A stretch of DNA of 61,265 nucleotides from positions 1 through 61,265 of IMG/VR virus record IMGVR_UViG_3300032164_003159. One strand, given 5' to 3'. This DNA is from a virus. Lineage: Duplodnaviria; Caudoviricetes. The notes under the pieces were generated by a model. It had not been told where the DNA came from, did no database searches, and was given only the letters and a program-made list of their open reading frames with translations. Positions 38,868-49,714 of the stretch are shown here, piece after piece. The translations under genes and the position numbers were made by a program. How positions within the stretch are numbered: the first letter of the stretch is position 1; each line of letters starts with the position of its first letter.

Positions 38868-40370
38868 CTAAAATGTAAAACTATCTTTTCTCTTTACTAT
38901 TGTTCCTTCAGACACATCAGTAACATAATCTCCATCATGATCAAAATCTGCTGCATACGTCTTTACAGCGGCACCGACTTTCACATCGCCAGTTCCCGTA
39001 ATGGTTGTTGCGGATGTAATAAACACTTTTGCACCATAGCGCGCATAGATACCATAGCCGCCATTGCCTGTACCGGTAAGTGCAGTAAATCGTACTGCAG
39101 CGTTTGTTCCTACACGAACAGCATCTCCAGTACAGGAAGTAACAACAAGCGATCCAGAAGCCTCGATAGTGCTTCCACCAGAACTCCCACTGGCATCCAC
39201 TAAGAGGCCGGTACCGCAGACCGTAATTGTCCCTCCGGATAAGTATGCTAAAGGAGAAGCTCTAAATTCAACTCCCGCGATAGTACAATTTTCAATATAC
39301 AATCCAGTACCTAATGTCATATACCCAGAGTTGCTCAAGCGTATTCCAGTACCGCAATTATTTACTTTTACATTGGAAACCGTAGCAGCGCTCTGCTGAT
39401 TTCCAATTTCTAGACCAAGGTTATTTATATTATCTGCATAAATATAAGCTATACTAGGTATTTCATGTATACCACCAACATAAATTCCCCTAGTTACCGT
39501 CCCAGAATAAACAAATATGTTCGAGAAATCTCGCAGTTCTAACCCGTCAGCTATCAGTATATTGCTTCCTGGGGTAGCCGCAGCGTTGTAAACAACTATG
39601 TTTTTCATCCTAACACTTGAGAAGATCCCCACAAGAAAGGGGATTAGTGTTGAATTATTACCATCTACAGATATATATGTCATATACGGCCCGTCAGTCA
39701 GAAAGCACATCAATCCATAATTAGCTCCACCCAAAGAAGTAATCTTTATTCTGTCCAGATTGAAGTTCATTCTAGTAGCTTTTACAACAGTGATATAAAC
39801 AATGGCACCAACAAGTGTATTCGCCGGGGCACTATTGAGATTCGTTCCCCAATCCATAATATTATATGCTTTGCCGCTTGTGGACGTACCAAATGCCCCA
39901 ACTGTTTCTATAGAGGTTGCGTCGTTCTTACGGATAATTAGGTACTCGGAGCCGACCTTTAGGATTTTCCCGCGAAGATTATTCACAGTCCAGGTCTGCC
40001 CACCATCTATGAGTGTCGTTGTCGTCCCACCCGTGGCCGTGCCGGAATTAGTCCCTGTCGCTACTGTAAACGCCACATAGGCTGCGCCACGAATGGTCAG
40101 TCCCTGATTCCCCAGCCCCTCAATAATATTTCCAGTTAGAGTAAAACCAGCGAAATTCCCTGCACCAATGTTTATAGTAGTTGCATGCCTAATAAATTTG
40201 GGAAGTTTGTCTATAGCTGCCTGTACAGTCAGTAAAGCACCACCGGCTGTATCTACTAATCCAGTATTAGTATCAGCACCGTCTGTTCTTACGTATAGAG
40301 TTATTGCTCTGTCCGTAACAGTAGCAACCGTTCCACCAACGGCATTACCAGTAAGTATTCTATTTGTCAT
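38868..40370 (-). CDS. Beta-helix tail fibre/tailspike-like protein, paralog 3
   Basis: LYVRTDG.D.NTGL...ALLT..AAIDK.P; G/N/T-rich parallel beta-helix repeats. Confidence 0.7.
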   Translation of the reverse strand: MTNRILTGNAVGGTVATVTDRAITLYVRTDGADTNTGLVDTAGGALLTVQAAIDKLPKFIRHATTINIGAGNFAGFTLTGNIIEGLGNQGLTIRGAAYVAFTVATGTNSGTATGGTTTTLIDGGQTWTVNNLRGKILKVGSEYLIIRKNDATSIETVGAFGTSTSGKAYNIMDWGTNLNSAPANTLVGAIVYITVVKATRMNFNLDRIKITSLGGANYGLMCFLTDGPYMTYISVDGNNSTLIPFLVGIFSSVRMKNIVVYNAAATPGSNILIADGLELRDFSNIFVYSGTVTRGIYVGGIHEIPSIAYIYADNINNLGLEIGNQQSAATVSNVKVNNCGTGIRLSNSGYMTLGTGLYIENCTIAGVEFRASPLAYLSGGTITVCGTGLLVDASGSSGGSTIEASGSLVVTSCTGDAVRVGTNAAVRFTALTGTGNGGYGIYARYGAKVFITSATTITGTGDVKVGAAVKTYAADFDHDGDYVTDVSEGTIVKRKDSFTF

Positions 40371-40374
40371 TTTC

Positions 40375-41973
40375 TTAGTCCTCTCTACGCAGAAGGCTGC
40401 CATTTGTAATGTCTACAACCTTATCATTATTGTTTGCAAAATCGGTAGACCAATCTAATACAGTGGTGCCGCCGTCTATGGTTGCGTCCCCAGCGGATCC
40501 TGTGATTGTAGTCTCTGATGTTACTCTTACCTCGCTACCGCGTTTTACATCTACACCATAGCCACCGTTTCCAGTTCCGGTGCATGATGTCAGTATAGCA
40601 ATTGATCGATGGTTAGCGATTACTCCACCAAGTGTATTATTAGAAATAGTTAATACACCAGCCGCATTTACTAAGGTATGTGCCCAATCATTGGTAGCCG
40701 AACACTCATCGACTTTCATGCCATAGCCGCCGTTACCTATGATTGTCCCACTATTGATGTCTACCGACCGCGTATCCTGAGCATAGTAACCATCATTGGT
40801 GTTGTTCTGAATAAGGAAACCTTCTGTCTTGGTATATCCGTTATACTCTGACCAGAACCCATCAAGATTATTTTCGGAACGCATATAATAAAGATATACA
40901 AGTTCAGATTGGTACATCTCTATACCTGTTGCTGAACTGCTCTGTGCGAATGCAGACGCTATCATTATACCCAGGCAGGTATTACCTATAATACCGCTAA
41001 GGCTAGTATTGTAAGATGATATACCATTACCATCGGCACCTGTAGTATACGAGCCGCGTGTGCCGTTTAGCAGATTAAAAAGTATTCCATAGCTACCGTT
41101 TTCAGCGCGTATATTGGATACCACAAGTTGCTTAGTTAAACTTATAAAAGCAAAGCACCCAGTAGTTCCCTTAGTGCCAGTTACCAAAATTCTTGATATA
41201 TAGGCAGGATCGGAACTTATCATGTAAAATCCGTACGCTTTGCCTGTTGCTGTGATCTTAAGGGATTGTACTAATACAGAATCTCTTGCCGCAGTAACCA
41301 ACCCTCTAATTAGAACAATGGCGGAAGCATACCCCCCAGCACAGGTAGCATTCAGATTGGTCTTGTTTTCCAGTATTGAATATGCCTGTCCTGTAGGTGC
41401 ACCACTAAGTGTGTAGCAAAGTTCTATTGTATTAGATGTGTTGTCCCAAACATACGCATATTGTGAATTGACCAGTACAAGTCTACCGCGTAGATCATGA
41501 GCAGTCCAAGACTGTCCAGCATCTATAAGTGTATGGGTGTCCCCTCCGGTAGCTGTTCCCGAGGTAGTACCAGAAGACAGCGTTGGAGTACCCAGCACGC
41601 CTTTTATGGTAAAGGTTGCACCAATAGGTACATTGAACCCAGAAAGTTCGAATCCTGGAAAGTTACCTTCACCGATATCTATTGTTACATTGTGCCTTAT
41701 ATATTTTGGTACTTTATCCACAGCAGCTTTCGGAGTTAAAAGGGCATCCCCAATTGTCAACCCTGTGTTGCTATCATTTCCTGTTGTCCTTACATATAGT
41801 GTTAATACACCCGTAGTGGTGGTTACCTCTCTACCAGCAACGATGTCCATTGCAGTTTGTACATTATCCGCATCAAGCTGACTAGCACTTGGATTGTACG
41901 TAACTTCAGATGCAGGACCACCTGTACCACCTGTGCCCGCTTCTTCACTCCACACATAACGCTTTATAGTCAT
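40375..41973 (-). CDS. Beta-helix tail fibre/tailspike-like protein, paralog 2
   Basis: Same N-terminal and C-terminal blocks as its neighbours. Confidence 0.7.
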   Translation of the reverse strand: MTIKRYVWSEEAGTGGTGGPASEVTYNPSASQLDADNVQTAMDIVAGREVTTTTGVLTLYVRTTGNDSNTGLTIGDALLTPKAAVDKVPKYIRHNVTIDIGEGNFPGFELSGFNVPIGATFTIKGVLGTPTLSSGTTSGTATGGDTHTLIDAGQSWTAHDLRGRLVLVNSQYAYVWDNTSNTIELCYTLSGAPTGQAYSILENKTNLNATCAGGYASAIVLIRGLVTAARDSVLVQSLKITATGKAYGFYMISSDPAYISRILVTGTKGTTGCFAFISLTKQLVVSNIRAENGSYGILFNLLNGTRGSYTTGADGNGISSYNTSLSGIIGNTCLGIMIASAFAQSSSATGIEMYQSELVYLYYMRSENNLDGFWSEYNGYTKTEGFLIQNNTNDGYYAQDTRSVDINSGTIIGNGGYGMKVDECSATNDWAHTLVNAAGVLTISNNTLGGVIANHRSIAILTSCTGTGNGGYGVDVKRGSEVRVTSETTITGSAGDATIDGGTTVLDWSTDFANNNDKVVDITNGSLLRRED

Positions 41974-41984
41974 CAGAGTATTTC

Positions 41985-43568
41985 CTAATCTCTACGCTCG
42001 ATGGTGGCCCCCGTAGCTAGATTGCTTACAATATCTCCATTGTTGGCAAAGTCTGTTGCCCATGATAACACGGTTTTCCCCTCATCAACCGTAGCATTTC
42101 CGGAAACCCCAGTTACTGTAGTTGCAGAAGTAATCAATCCGTATGTGGCAGAATTAAAACGAATACCATAGCTACCATTTCCGGTCCCGGTTACATCAAC
42201 TAATGAAGGAGTAGATCCCAATGATGCGTAAATTCCATCTAGCGTATTATTATTAATTGTTGTTGCTCTAACTACTATTTGGACATTACCACTCTTATAG
42301 TCTGCAGTAGGAATAGTGTCATTGCCTAAGCGCATACCGTACGTGCCGTTATTGCTAAGGTCACCGGAGTTCATCCGCCCAAATGCACACCCACGTTCAA
42401 GTACCAAGCCACTAAGTGTATTGTGATCGCTAAACAAACCAGCATAGAACCCCGCATATGCTACGGCCTCTAGCCTAACTCCATTTTCCCCATTGTACGA
42501 AGTGTACGCACCACCGGGCAGCACTTCAAAATCAGGCGCTCCAAATATATATATCCCATTTGCCCCATTATAATCTGCGTACCAATAACCACCATATACA
42601 GCGAGCGCTGAGAATACTGCGATTCCCCCGTAACCAGCGACGCCATTGTTATAAGCATAGATCCTCTCAATGTCTCTTACTCTACGAAGTGTCTGAAAGA
42701 GGAATCCTGCAGATGTATTGCTTGCTGCATAAGAATCGAATATGTTTATATCCCCATTACCGCTGTTATATAGACCATAAGAAGTTGCAAGCTCAAAGCG
42801 GCCCCGTTCAATATGTAAACCACTAGAGTGCGCGTATATTCCGTAGGCACCACCAGTTGTACGTATATTCCGAAACACAAGTGTGGTACTTCTGGTCCCC
42901 ACAAGGTAAACTTCTACCCTACCAGATCCGCCAGCGGCCGTGGTGTTTATAATAGTCTTCTGCTCTAGTAGCGAGTACGCTTTTCCAGAACAGGTAGCGG
43001 ACATTGCGCCAACTAAATTTATCGTAGTACTTGTGTTGTTTCGTACAACACGATATTCACCAGCTATTAACACTAATTTACCGCGTAGGTCGTTTACCGT
43101 CCAGGATTGTCCACCATCAACACATGTAAGTGTATCTCCACCGGTAGCGGTACCAGAGGTTGTGCCGGTAGCCAGTGTTGGGGCTCCTAGCTCTCCAACT
43201 ATAGTAAATATGTTTGGATATATAATTTCATAATTAGCAATACGAAATCCTGCGAAGTTACCTGCACCAATGTCAATAGTCACGTTATGCTTTATGTACC
43301 TCGGTACCTTGTTCACAGCCGCTTGCGGAGTTAATAGTGCATCCCCAATAGTAAGTCCGGTGTTATTATCATTTCCAGTTGTTCTCACATAGTAGGTTGC
43401 CACTCCAGTAGTTGCTGTAACATCTCTTCCGGCTAGAACATCTACTGCAGACTGAACATTGTCTGCTCCCAATTGACTTACGGCTTCGCTATAGGTTACA
43501 TCTGAGGCAGCACCACCACTGCCACCAGTGCCTTCTTCTTGACCCCATACATAGCGCTCTATCGTCAT
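41985..43568 (-). CDS. Beta-helix tail fibre/tailspike-like protein, paralog 1
   Basis: MTI.RYVW..E.GTGG.GG.AS.VTY...SQL.ADNVQ shared with paralog 2. Confidence 0.7.
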   Translation of the reverse strand: MTIERYVWGQEEGTGGSGGAASDVTYSEAVSQLGADNVQSAVDVLAGRDVTATTGVATYYVRTTGNDNNTGLTIGDALLTPQAAVNKVPRYIKHNVTIDIGAGNFAGFRIANYEIIYPNIFTIVGELGAPTLATGTTSGTATGGDTLTCVDGGQSWTVNDLRGKLVLIAGEYRVVRNNTSTTINLVGAMSATCSGKAYSLLEQKTIINTTAAGGSGRVEVYLVGTRSTTLVFRNIRTTGGAYGIYAHSSGLHIERGRFELATSYGLYNSGNGDINIFDSYAASNTSAGFLFQTLRRVRDIERIYAYNNGVAGYGGIAVFSALAVYGGYWYADYNGANGIYIFGAPDFEVLPGGAYTSYNGENGVRLEAVAYAGFYAGLFSDHNTLSGLVLERGCAFGRMNSGDLSNNGTYGMRLGNDTIPTADYKSGNVQIVVRATTINNNTLDGIYASLGSTPSLVDVTGTGNGSYGIRFNSATYGLITSATTVTGVSGNATVDEGKTVLSWATDFANNGDIVSNLATGATIERRD

Positions 43569-44978
43569 TGACTTCTCCTATGAACACGTCGGACAACTAT
43601 ACTGCAGGCCCGGTGGAGCATACGGAATGTATGTTGTCATTAGTGATCTGTGCTGCTCTTCCGTAATGGTTCCTATATAGCGCGCCATATATCCAGGATC
43701 GCCAGTCTGATAGAATCCCTGCCGACGACTAACGTATTGCTTAGAAATCCTAAGCTTTTTCAGTACGTACGTCGCCCATGTCCTAGCAGCATTGTTAGGA
43801 ATCAGCATCTCATATGGATGATTGTTGTACGGATCTAGAACGGTTTGAGCAAGCACTCTCATAAGTGCTTACTTTAGCACAAAAACTGTAGCGGAATTCA
43901 ACTTCTGGCGCTAAACATCATTCGGTCGTGGTGGCATAGGTAGCGGCAAAATCTTTTGGTTGCCCTCGATGTCTCGCACGATGTCAGAAATAGTTGACAG
44001 AATTTCTGACGAAAACTTCTCCGTCAATGGCACTCCTGGAAGATGGTGCATCACAGAAATGAGAACGGAAACGTAGCCATACTTCATTCCAGGAAATCCC
44101 CGGAACACATCTTCAACCCGGCGAGCCATCCACTTGTCCTTGTATTCGAAATGCCGGCTGAGCGTCCCGTCCGGATTCTTTCCAAACCCGAACGAAATGT
44201 AAATTAGCACATCGTCGGTTTCAATCAAATTGTCCGTAGTTTCTGCTAGGAAGTCCACCTTGCGAAAAGGTGGTCCCAGCTGATTCCCCCCATCGGAAGT
44301 TTCCATCTGGGTATACAGGTGATCCCAGATAGGAATGTAGCGGATCCGTGGTTTCTTTAGCATTTTACCCTCCACAGACATTATGTGTACTATGGGGAGT
44401 TTGTCAAGCTAAAGTTTCTGGATCCATCTTTTCTGATTCTATTGGCTCATTGGCAGGGAGGACATCGATTGTGTAATCTAGTCCTTGGAACCTGTTTTGC
44501 TGGATCTCTGTAAGCAGGCCTTCTACACGTGGGAATAGGTCAAAGAGCCCTACACCGCCGGCAGAACTACCAGGAGTAACCGGGTCCTCATCCCTGACCC
44601 ACGTGGACTGCAGCAACCGTACCTCTGGGAATTTCTCTAATATAGCAAGTATATCTTCGTCCACTTTGGCACATTGTATTGCATCTTCACAGAGGAATTC
44701 CAACTCAACCATGAAATACATGTCTATGCGTAAATCATAATCATCGTACAATGGTTCGATCTTATCTTCAACTGGTTTTTCCGGGGGCATGTTATCTCCG
44801 AATATCGCCGGGGTTGCTTTCGATGCTTCCTTCTATGTCCAATACTTCATCTAGCGCCTTTAAGATTTCTTGCAGTGTAGCGCCCACGCCCAGTAATGTG
44901 TGCGGTGAATTTTTGAATGTAGATGCACTAACATTGAACGATTTAAACTCTTCCCCGGTATTTTTTAGAATCACAATT

Positions 44979-45989
44979 TTAGCCATTTGGATTCACCGGA
45001 GTTTGCGGGTGCGGCCACCATTCCGGTTGATCTCCGGGCTCTTGCCAGGTCGTTGTTTCCGGCCATTCCATTTGAATGTGGCTAAGGTCCGCCCCTTCTT
45101 GCCAAGCGTTATACATGGTGCCTATATTCTGTCCAAGAGCACCACCACCAAAGCGCTTGTCAACCCACTCAGTGTTTACCCATGGGAGCAGCTTGTGATT
45201 TACAATAGAATTCCAATAGTAGAACAAATCGTCAATCGGCATACTTTTAGTCATACGGCTGATCAAATGTTGCTTATTGAATCCGAAGCGCGATCTACTG
45301 GCAACGCCATCAATATTATATTGCTCCGCTTCGTCCTCGTGGTTTGCCGCGAGGTACTGATAGACCATTTCCATTATGTACGGGCGCGGAACCTGTTGAA
45401 GTGCAGCCAGTAATTGTTTCTGCATTCCTTTGGAGTAGCCGGCTTGCGATGCCTGATCCATAGCTGCAAAATTTGGAATCTCCTCTGGGATTGGCGGAGG
45501 CGGGCCAACACGGTATCCCGTTTCCATTAGTTCCGGGTCCTTGTACTGCTGTTCCGGGTGCGGCATAATCCGCTCTACCTCGGGCTTCACTTCAGGAATG
45601 CCTGGAGCGCGCGTTAGGTTCTGGTACGGAGAACGCGGAGCTTGCAGGTCCGGTGACCAATAGTCCTGTTCTTGCTGCTGCGGAAAATATCTTCCTCCCG
45701 GCTTATCCGCATTCATAGGAAATGCTGTTTCAGTAATCTCGTCTACTTCCTCCATAAGCACTTCCGGAGGCATGTACTCAGTTATAATATCTACAATGTC
45801 GTTGATTAGCACATTCTTCTTACCAAGCGCGCCCCACGTGCCTATTTCCGCCATATAGAATTGCTTTTGTTCTTCTGGCAGTTGATCAGCAAGTTTAGTA
45901 AGAATTGAGCTAAGAGATTCTGTTGGAAGCATGTTCAGGAGATTGATTAAATCTTGCTCCGCTTCAGCCAAAACAATAAGTTTAGCCAT
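44979..45989 (-). CDS. Acidic Pro/Gln-rich hypothetical protein (possibly virion-associated)
   Basis: GGAGG RBS before MAKLIVLAE; long ORF. Confidence 0.6.
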   Translation of the reverse strand: MAKLIVLAEAEQDLINLLNMLPTESLSSILTKLADQLPEEQKQFYMAEIGTWGALGKKNVLINDIVDIITEYMPPEVLMEEVDEITETAFPMNADKPGGRYFPQQQEQDYWSPDLQAPRSPYQNLTRAPGIPEVKPEVERIMPHPEQQYKDPELMETGYRVGPPPPIPEEIPNFAAMDQASQAGYSKGMQKQLLAALQQVPRPYIMEMVYQYLAANHEDEAEQYNIDGVASRSRFGFNKQHLISRMTKSMPIDDLFYYWNSIVNHKLLPWVNTEWVDKRFGGGALGQNIGTMYNAWQEGADLSHIQMEWPETTTWQEPGDQPEWWPHPQTPVNPNG

Positions 45990-47178
45990 GTACGGTCCTC
46001 CACGTACTGGCATAATACCTTGGAATGGCTATGAATGTTTAATTGTCGTCATCGTCGTCGTGAGTATAGAGCAGGGCAGTGTACTTTCGGTTGTCGCTGT
46101 AAGCCTTGATTACCGTAAGGATGTAGAGCACGAAAAAGACCCCCATCGCTACTACAACACCCTCGGTACCACCATCGTTCTTTTTTCCCAGCACACCAAC
46201 GGCGTGCAGCAACAGCATGACCCCTAGGCTCTCTATGATAATGATGCAGAAGCACCCAAGAAAGATATTCCAGGTGCTGGTTACTTTTCCCCTAAGGAAG
46301 CCAGTGAAAAAGATGTAAAGTCCGATGAAGAACGTTATGATGAAAATTCCAGAGCCCGAATCTTCCTGGTGTTCATTGCTCATAATGTGCTCCTTTGTTA
46401 CAAAGCCTTGTACAAAGCCTTGTCAAGGGCATTCACAATTGCTGTATACGCTTCGCCGGCCGCTTTCTCGTCCGCATATGCGAGCATTGTATCATTTCCA
46501 GGTCCCAGCCATAGGCGAACATTGTATACATGGCTGCCATCTGAAAGGGTGTCTTTGATCAGCTGGATAGTTAGACTTGGGAACTTGCTACTATCTAGGA
46601 CGTAAAAATTGGGCATCGTATCCTCCTAGGTTACCTACACTAGTATTATAGGTCCCAGGAGGATAATGTCAAGAGATTATTTTGAGGCGGAGATGGATGG
46701 TTCCCATGGCATGTTATACGGAGGGGTATATGGAGGGGTATATGGCTTTTTCGACTTCGACTGTTCTCCTGGGATCATATTTATAGCAGTATCCAAGTGT
46801 TCTTCCGCAGAATATGGAACACTAATTACGGCCTCTGCAACCTCATCCCAATTGATCTCGTGGATTGCATTATATACAAAATCTGCGAAGGGCGGAGCAA
46901 GGCCGGTAGCTTGATTGTACAGACTGTCCTGCAGCATCTGTACAAAGTTGTCATAGACAGCGTCTGCGTCCTCTTCCTGAAAGCGTGCTTCTATCCATTC
47001 TTTAAGCGGTTGCAGCGCCTTTGGATCATTTATCAGCCAGTCCGCATAAACCTTTGTAGGCTCGTTGGAATAACCAGGAGTGCTCTCAAAATATGGCTCT
47101 TGCACATTCCAAGGCGCTTCTTCCCAGGGAGCATTCTTTTCTTGAGCTATTCTGCGCATTGTATCTCCTCCGCGAAGA

Positions 47179-47742
47179 TTATATATCTGTAGTATGTACT
47201 TGTTTAAGTTTTGTTCCCTCAACATTAAGACTTACGGATAATCCATTATCAAAATCCATATGTGGAATATACGCCTTTGAGTAGTCATCAAATTCTTTGG
47301 GAAGGCACTCGCGCCAATTCCACAGATGAATGTCTGAGAATCCGCACTCCTCTAAAACACATGCTAGTGTAGATAAGTTGTATATATGTGTATGGCAGGA
47401 ATTATTTGGGTTTGATCTGGTACCATAAATTAACCCCATAATCATATTTAGATCTTTGTACTTAGCATACACTGACAGTATAGCATCAAAATCAGGAACT
47501 GCTAACCGCAGTATTCCAGTTTCAGGCTTTAACACACGACACCACTCCTTTAAAACGTCTGGCGCTTCGGTGTAATGAAAGTGCTCCAATATATGAGATG
47601 CATATATAAGATCTACTGAATCATTATTGATCATGGTTAAATTACGTGCATCACAAACATAATTAACATGCGGATAATACTGTATGTCTATGTGCATGAA
47701 CCCATCTAGGTACCGTTTTCCACAACCAATATGAAGTTTCAT
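47179..47742 (-). CDS. SAM-dependent methyltransferase (type 11-like)
   Basis: KLHIGCG, IYASHILEH, RVLKP..G.LRLAVPD. Confidence 0.85.
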   Translation of the reverse strand: MKLHIGCGKRYLDGFMHIDIQYYPHVNYVCDARNLTMINNDSVDLIYASHILEHFHYTEAPDVLKEWCRVLKPETGILRLAVPDFDAILSVYAKYKDLNMIMGLIYGTRSNPNNSCHTHIYNLSTLACVLEECGFSDIHLWNWRECLPKEFDDYSKAYIPHMDFDNGLSVSLNVEGTKLKQVHTTDI

Positions 47743-48776
47743 TTAGTATTTTCCAGTTTCAAATCATTCTGCACCATCTTATCTACTAATTCGTTGAAGC
47801 CAACTCGTGGCTCCCACCCAAGCGTAGCTTTGGCCTTAGAATAATCCCCGCGTAAGCATTTTACGTCTGTCGGCCTGTAATACTGTTCATTGACCGCAAC
47901 AAGCACAGAACCAGTCTTCCTATTTATGCCAACCTCCGATGCACCAGAACCTTCCCAAGTTACATCTATAGAACAGACAGCAAACGCAAGGTTTACAAAT
48001 TCCCTAACACTGTGGGTAGTTCCAGTAGCGATCACATAATCGTCCGGTAAAGTGTAGTTCATAATCCTATACATTGCATCGCAAAATTCCTTCGCATACC
48101 CCCAATCTCGCTGTGCATCTAAGTTTCCCAAGATAAGTGTATCTTGTTTCCCAAGATGAATGCGTGCAACGGCCCTGGATATTTTTCTGCTCACAAATGT
48201 CGCTCCCCGGCGCTCTCCAGTATGGTTGAACAGGATCCCATTACATGCAAATATTCCGTAGGCCATCCTATAACTGATCGTCGTCCAGTACGCATACAGC
48301 TTAGCAGCAGCGTAGGGACTGCACGGCTTGAACGGAGTGTCTTCATTCTGGTATTTGGTGGAAGCATTTCCAAACATCTCTGATGTTGACGCTTGGTAAT
48401 ACCGGCAAGCTGGGGCATATGTCTTTATAGCATCTAGTAAGCGTATTGTACCCAGGCCATCCACGTTGGCACTGTATTCTGGAACCTCAAAGCTTACTTT
48501 AACATGCGATTGCGCCCCAAGATTGTAGCATGCATCTGGGGAACACTCACGGATTATTTTTGATACGCTCGTACCGTCTGTCAAATCTCCATAGTGCAAG
48601 AACAGTGTCTTATCTATTATACGCGCATCGTAAATTAGATGATCTATTCTATATGTATTGAACGTGCTAGATCTACGAACAATACCGTGTACAGTGTAGC
48701 CCTTCTCCAGTAAAAGCTCTGAGAGATAACTTCCATCTTGCCCAGTTATACCAGTTATGACTGCGACTTTTCCCAT
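47739..48776 (-). CDS. gmd: GDP-mannose 4,6-dehydratase
   Basis: ITGITGQDGSYL, AQSHVKVSF, QASTSE.FG, SPYAAAK, RDWGYA. Confidence 0.95.
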   Translation of the reverse strand: MGKVAVITGITGQDGSYLSELLLEKGYTVHGIVRRSSTFNTYRIDHLIYDARIIDKTLFLHYGDLTDGTSVSKIIRECSPDACYNLGAQSHVKVSFEVPEYSANVDGLGTIRLLDAIKTYAPACRYYQASTSEMFGNASTKYQNEDTPFKPCSPYAAAKLYAYWTTISYRMAYGIFACNGILFNHTGERRGATFVSRKISRAVARIHLGKQDTLILGNLDAQRDWGYAKEFCDAMYRIMNYTLPDDYVIATGTTHSVREFVNLAFAVCSIDVTWEGSGASEVGINRKTGSVLVAVNEQYYRPTDVKCLRGDYSKAKATLGWEPRVGFNELVDKMVQNDLKLENTK

Positions 48777-49714
48777 TTTATAAATTCTCTGTATGTTGAT
48801 GCAAGCCCATCTTCTAGGGTTATTCTTGGTGCCCATCCAAGAGATCTAATTCTAGAACTATCCAATAACTTTTGTGGCGTACCATCCGGAAATGATGTGT
48901 CCCAAAGTATCGCGTTGTTGAAGCCTATTACACTCGCTATTTTAGTTGCTAGTTCTTTTATAGTAATGTCGCTACCATAACCAATATTTACCATCAAATC
49001 GGACAGTGCTTTGTTTTTTACATCATATGCATCCAGTAACAGCACCAAGGCACGTGCCAGGTCATCTACATGTAGGAATTCCCGTCTAGGAGAACCGGTA
49101 CCCAGGAGCGTGGCAGCTTGGTCTAACTGCTTTGCGCTATGTATTTTGTTGATCATTGCCGGTACTACATGGCTTCCTTGTTCATCAAAAAATCTATCGT
49201 TGGGACCGTACAGATTAGTAGGCATAGCTACTATATAGTCTGTATCAAATTGCCGATTATAGGAACGGCACATTTCCACACCACATATTTTTGCTACTGC
49301 ATACGCCCTATTTGTATCTTCCAGTTCCCCAGATAGCAGACATTCTTCCTTTATAGGTTGCTTCGAGAACTTTGGATAAATACAGGAGCTACCCAGGAGG
49401 ATAAGCTTTTTCACACCGTTGCGATGTGCCCCAGAAATAATATTTGTCTGTATTAAAACATTGTCATGTATAAAATTCACTGGGTAACTATTGTTTGCTA
49501 ATATTCCACCTACCTTGGCGGCACAGACTATTATTGCAGCTGGATTAACTACATCTAAAAACGCCATTGTAGATCTGGCGTCCCGCAAGTCAACTGTTTT
49601 TCTGTTAATAGTAATTATTCGTTTATACCCCGTCCTGGCCAGTTCTCTACAAACCGAGCTACCCACTAATCCCGTGTTGCCGGCTACCAAAATAGGCAAA
49701 TCAATATAGCTCAT
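48755..49714 (-). CDS. fcl: GDP-L-fucose synthase
   Basis: AG..GLVGS, AAKVGGILAN, LGSSCIYPK, YAVAK, PTNLYGP, REFLHVDD, PDGTP.K. Confidence 0.95.
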   Translation of the reverse strand: MSYIDLPILVAGNTGLVGSSVCRELARTGYKRIITINRKTVDLRDARSTMAFLDVVNPAAIIVCAAKVGGILANNSYPVNFIHDNVLIQTNIISGAHRNGVKKLILLGSSCIYPKFSKQPIKEECLLSGELEDTNRAYAVAKICGVEMCRSYNRQFDTDYIVAMPTNLYGPNDRFFDEQGSHVVPAMINKIHSAKQLDQAATLLGTGSPRREFLHVDDLARALVLLLDAYDVKNKALSDLMVNIGYGSDITIKELATKIASVIGFNNAILWDTSFPDGTPQKLLDSSRIRSLGWAPRITLEDGLASTYREFIKWEKSQS

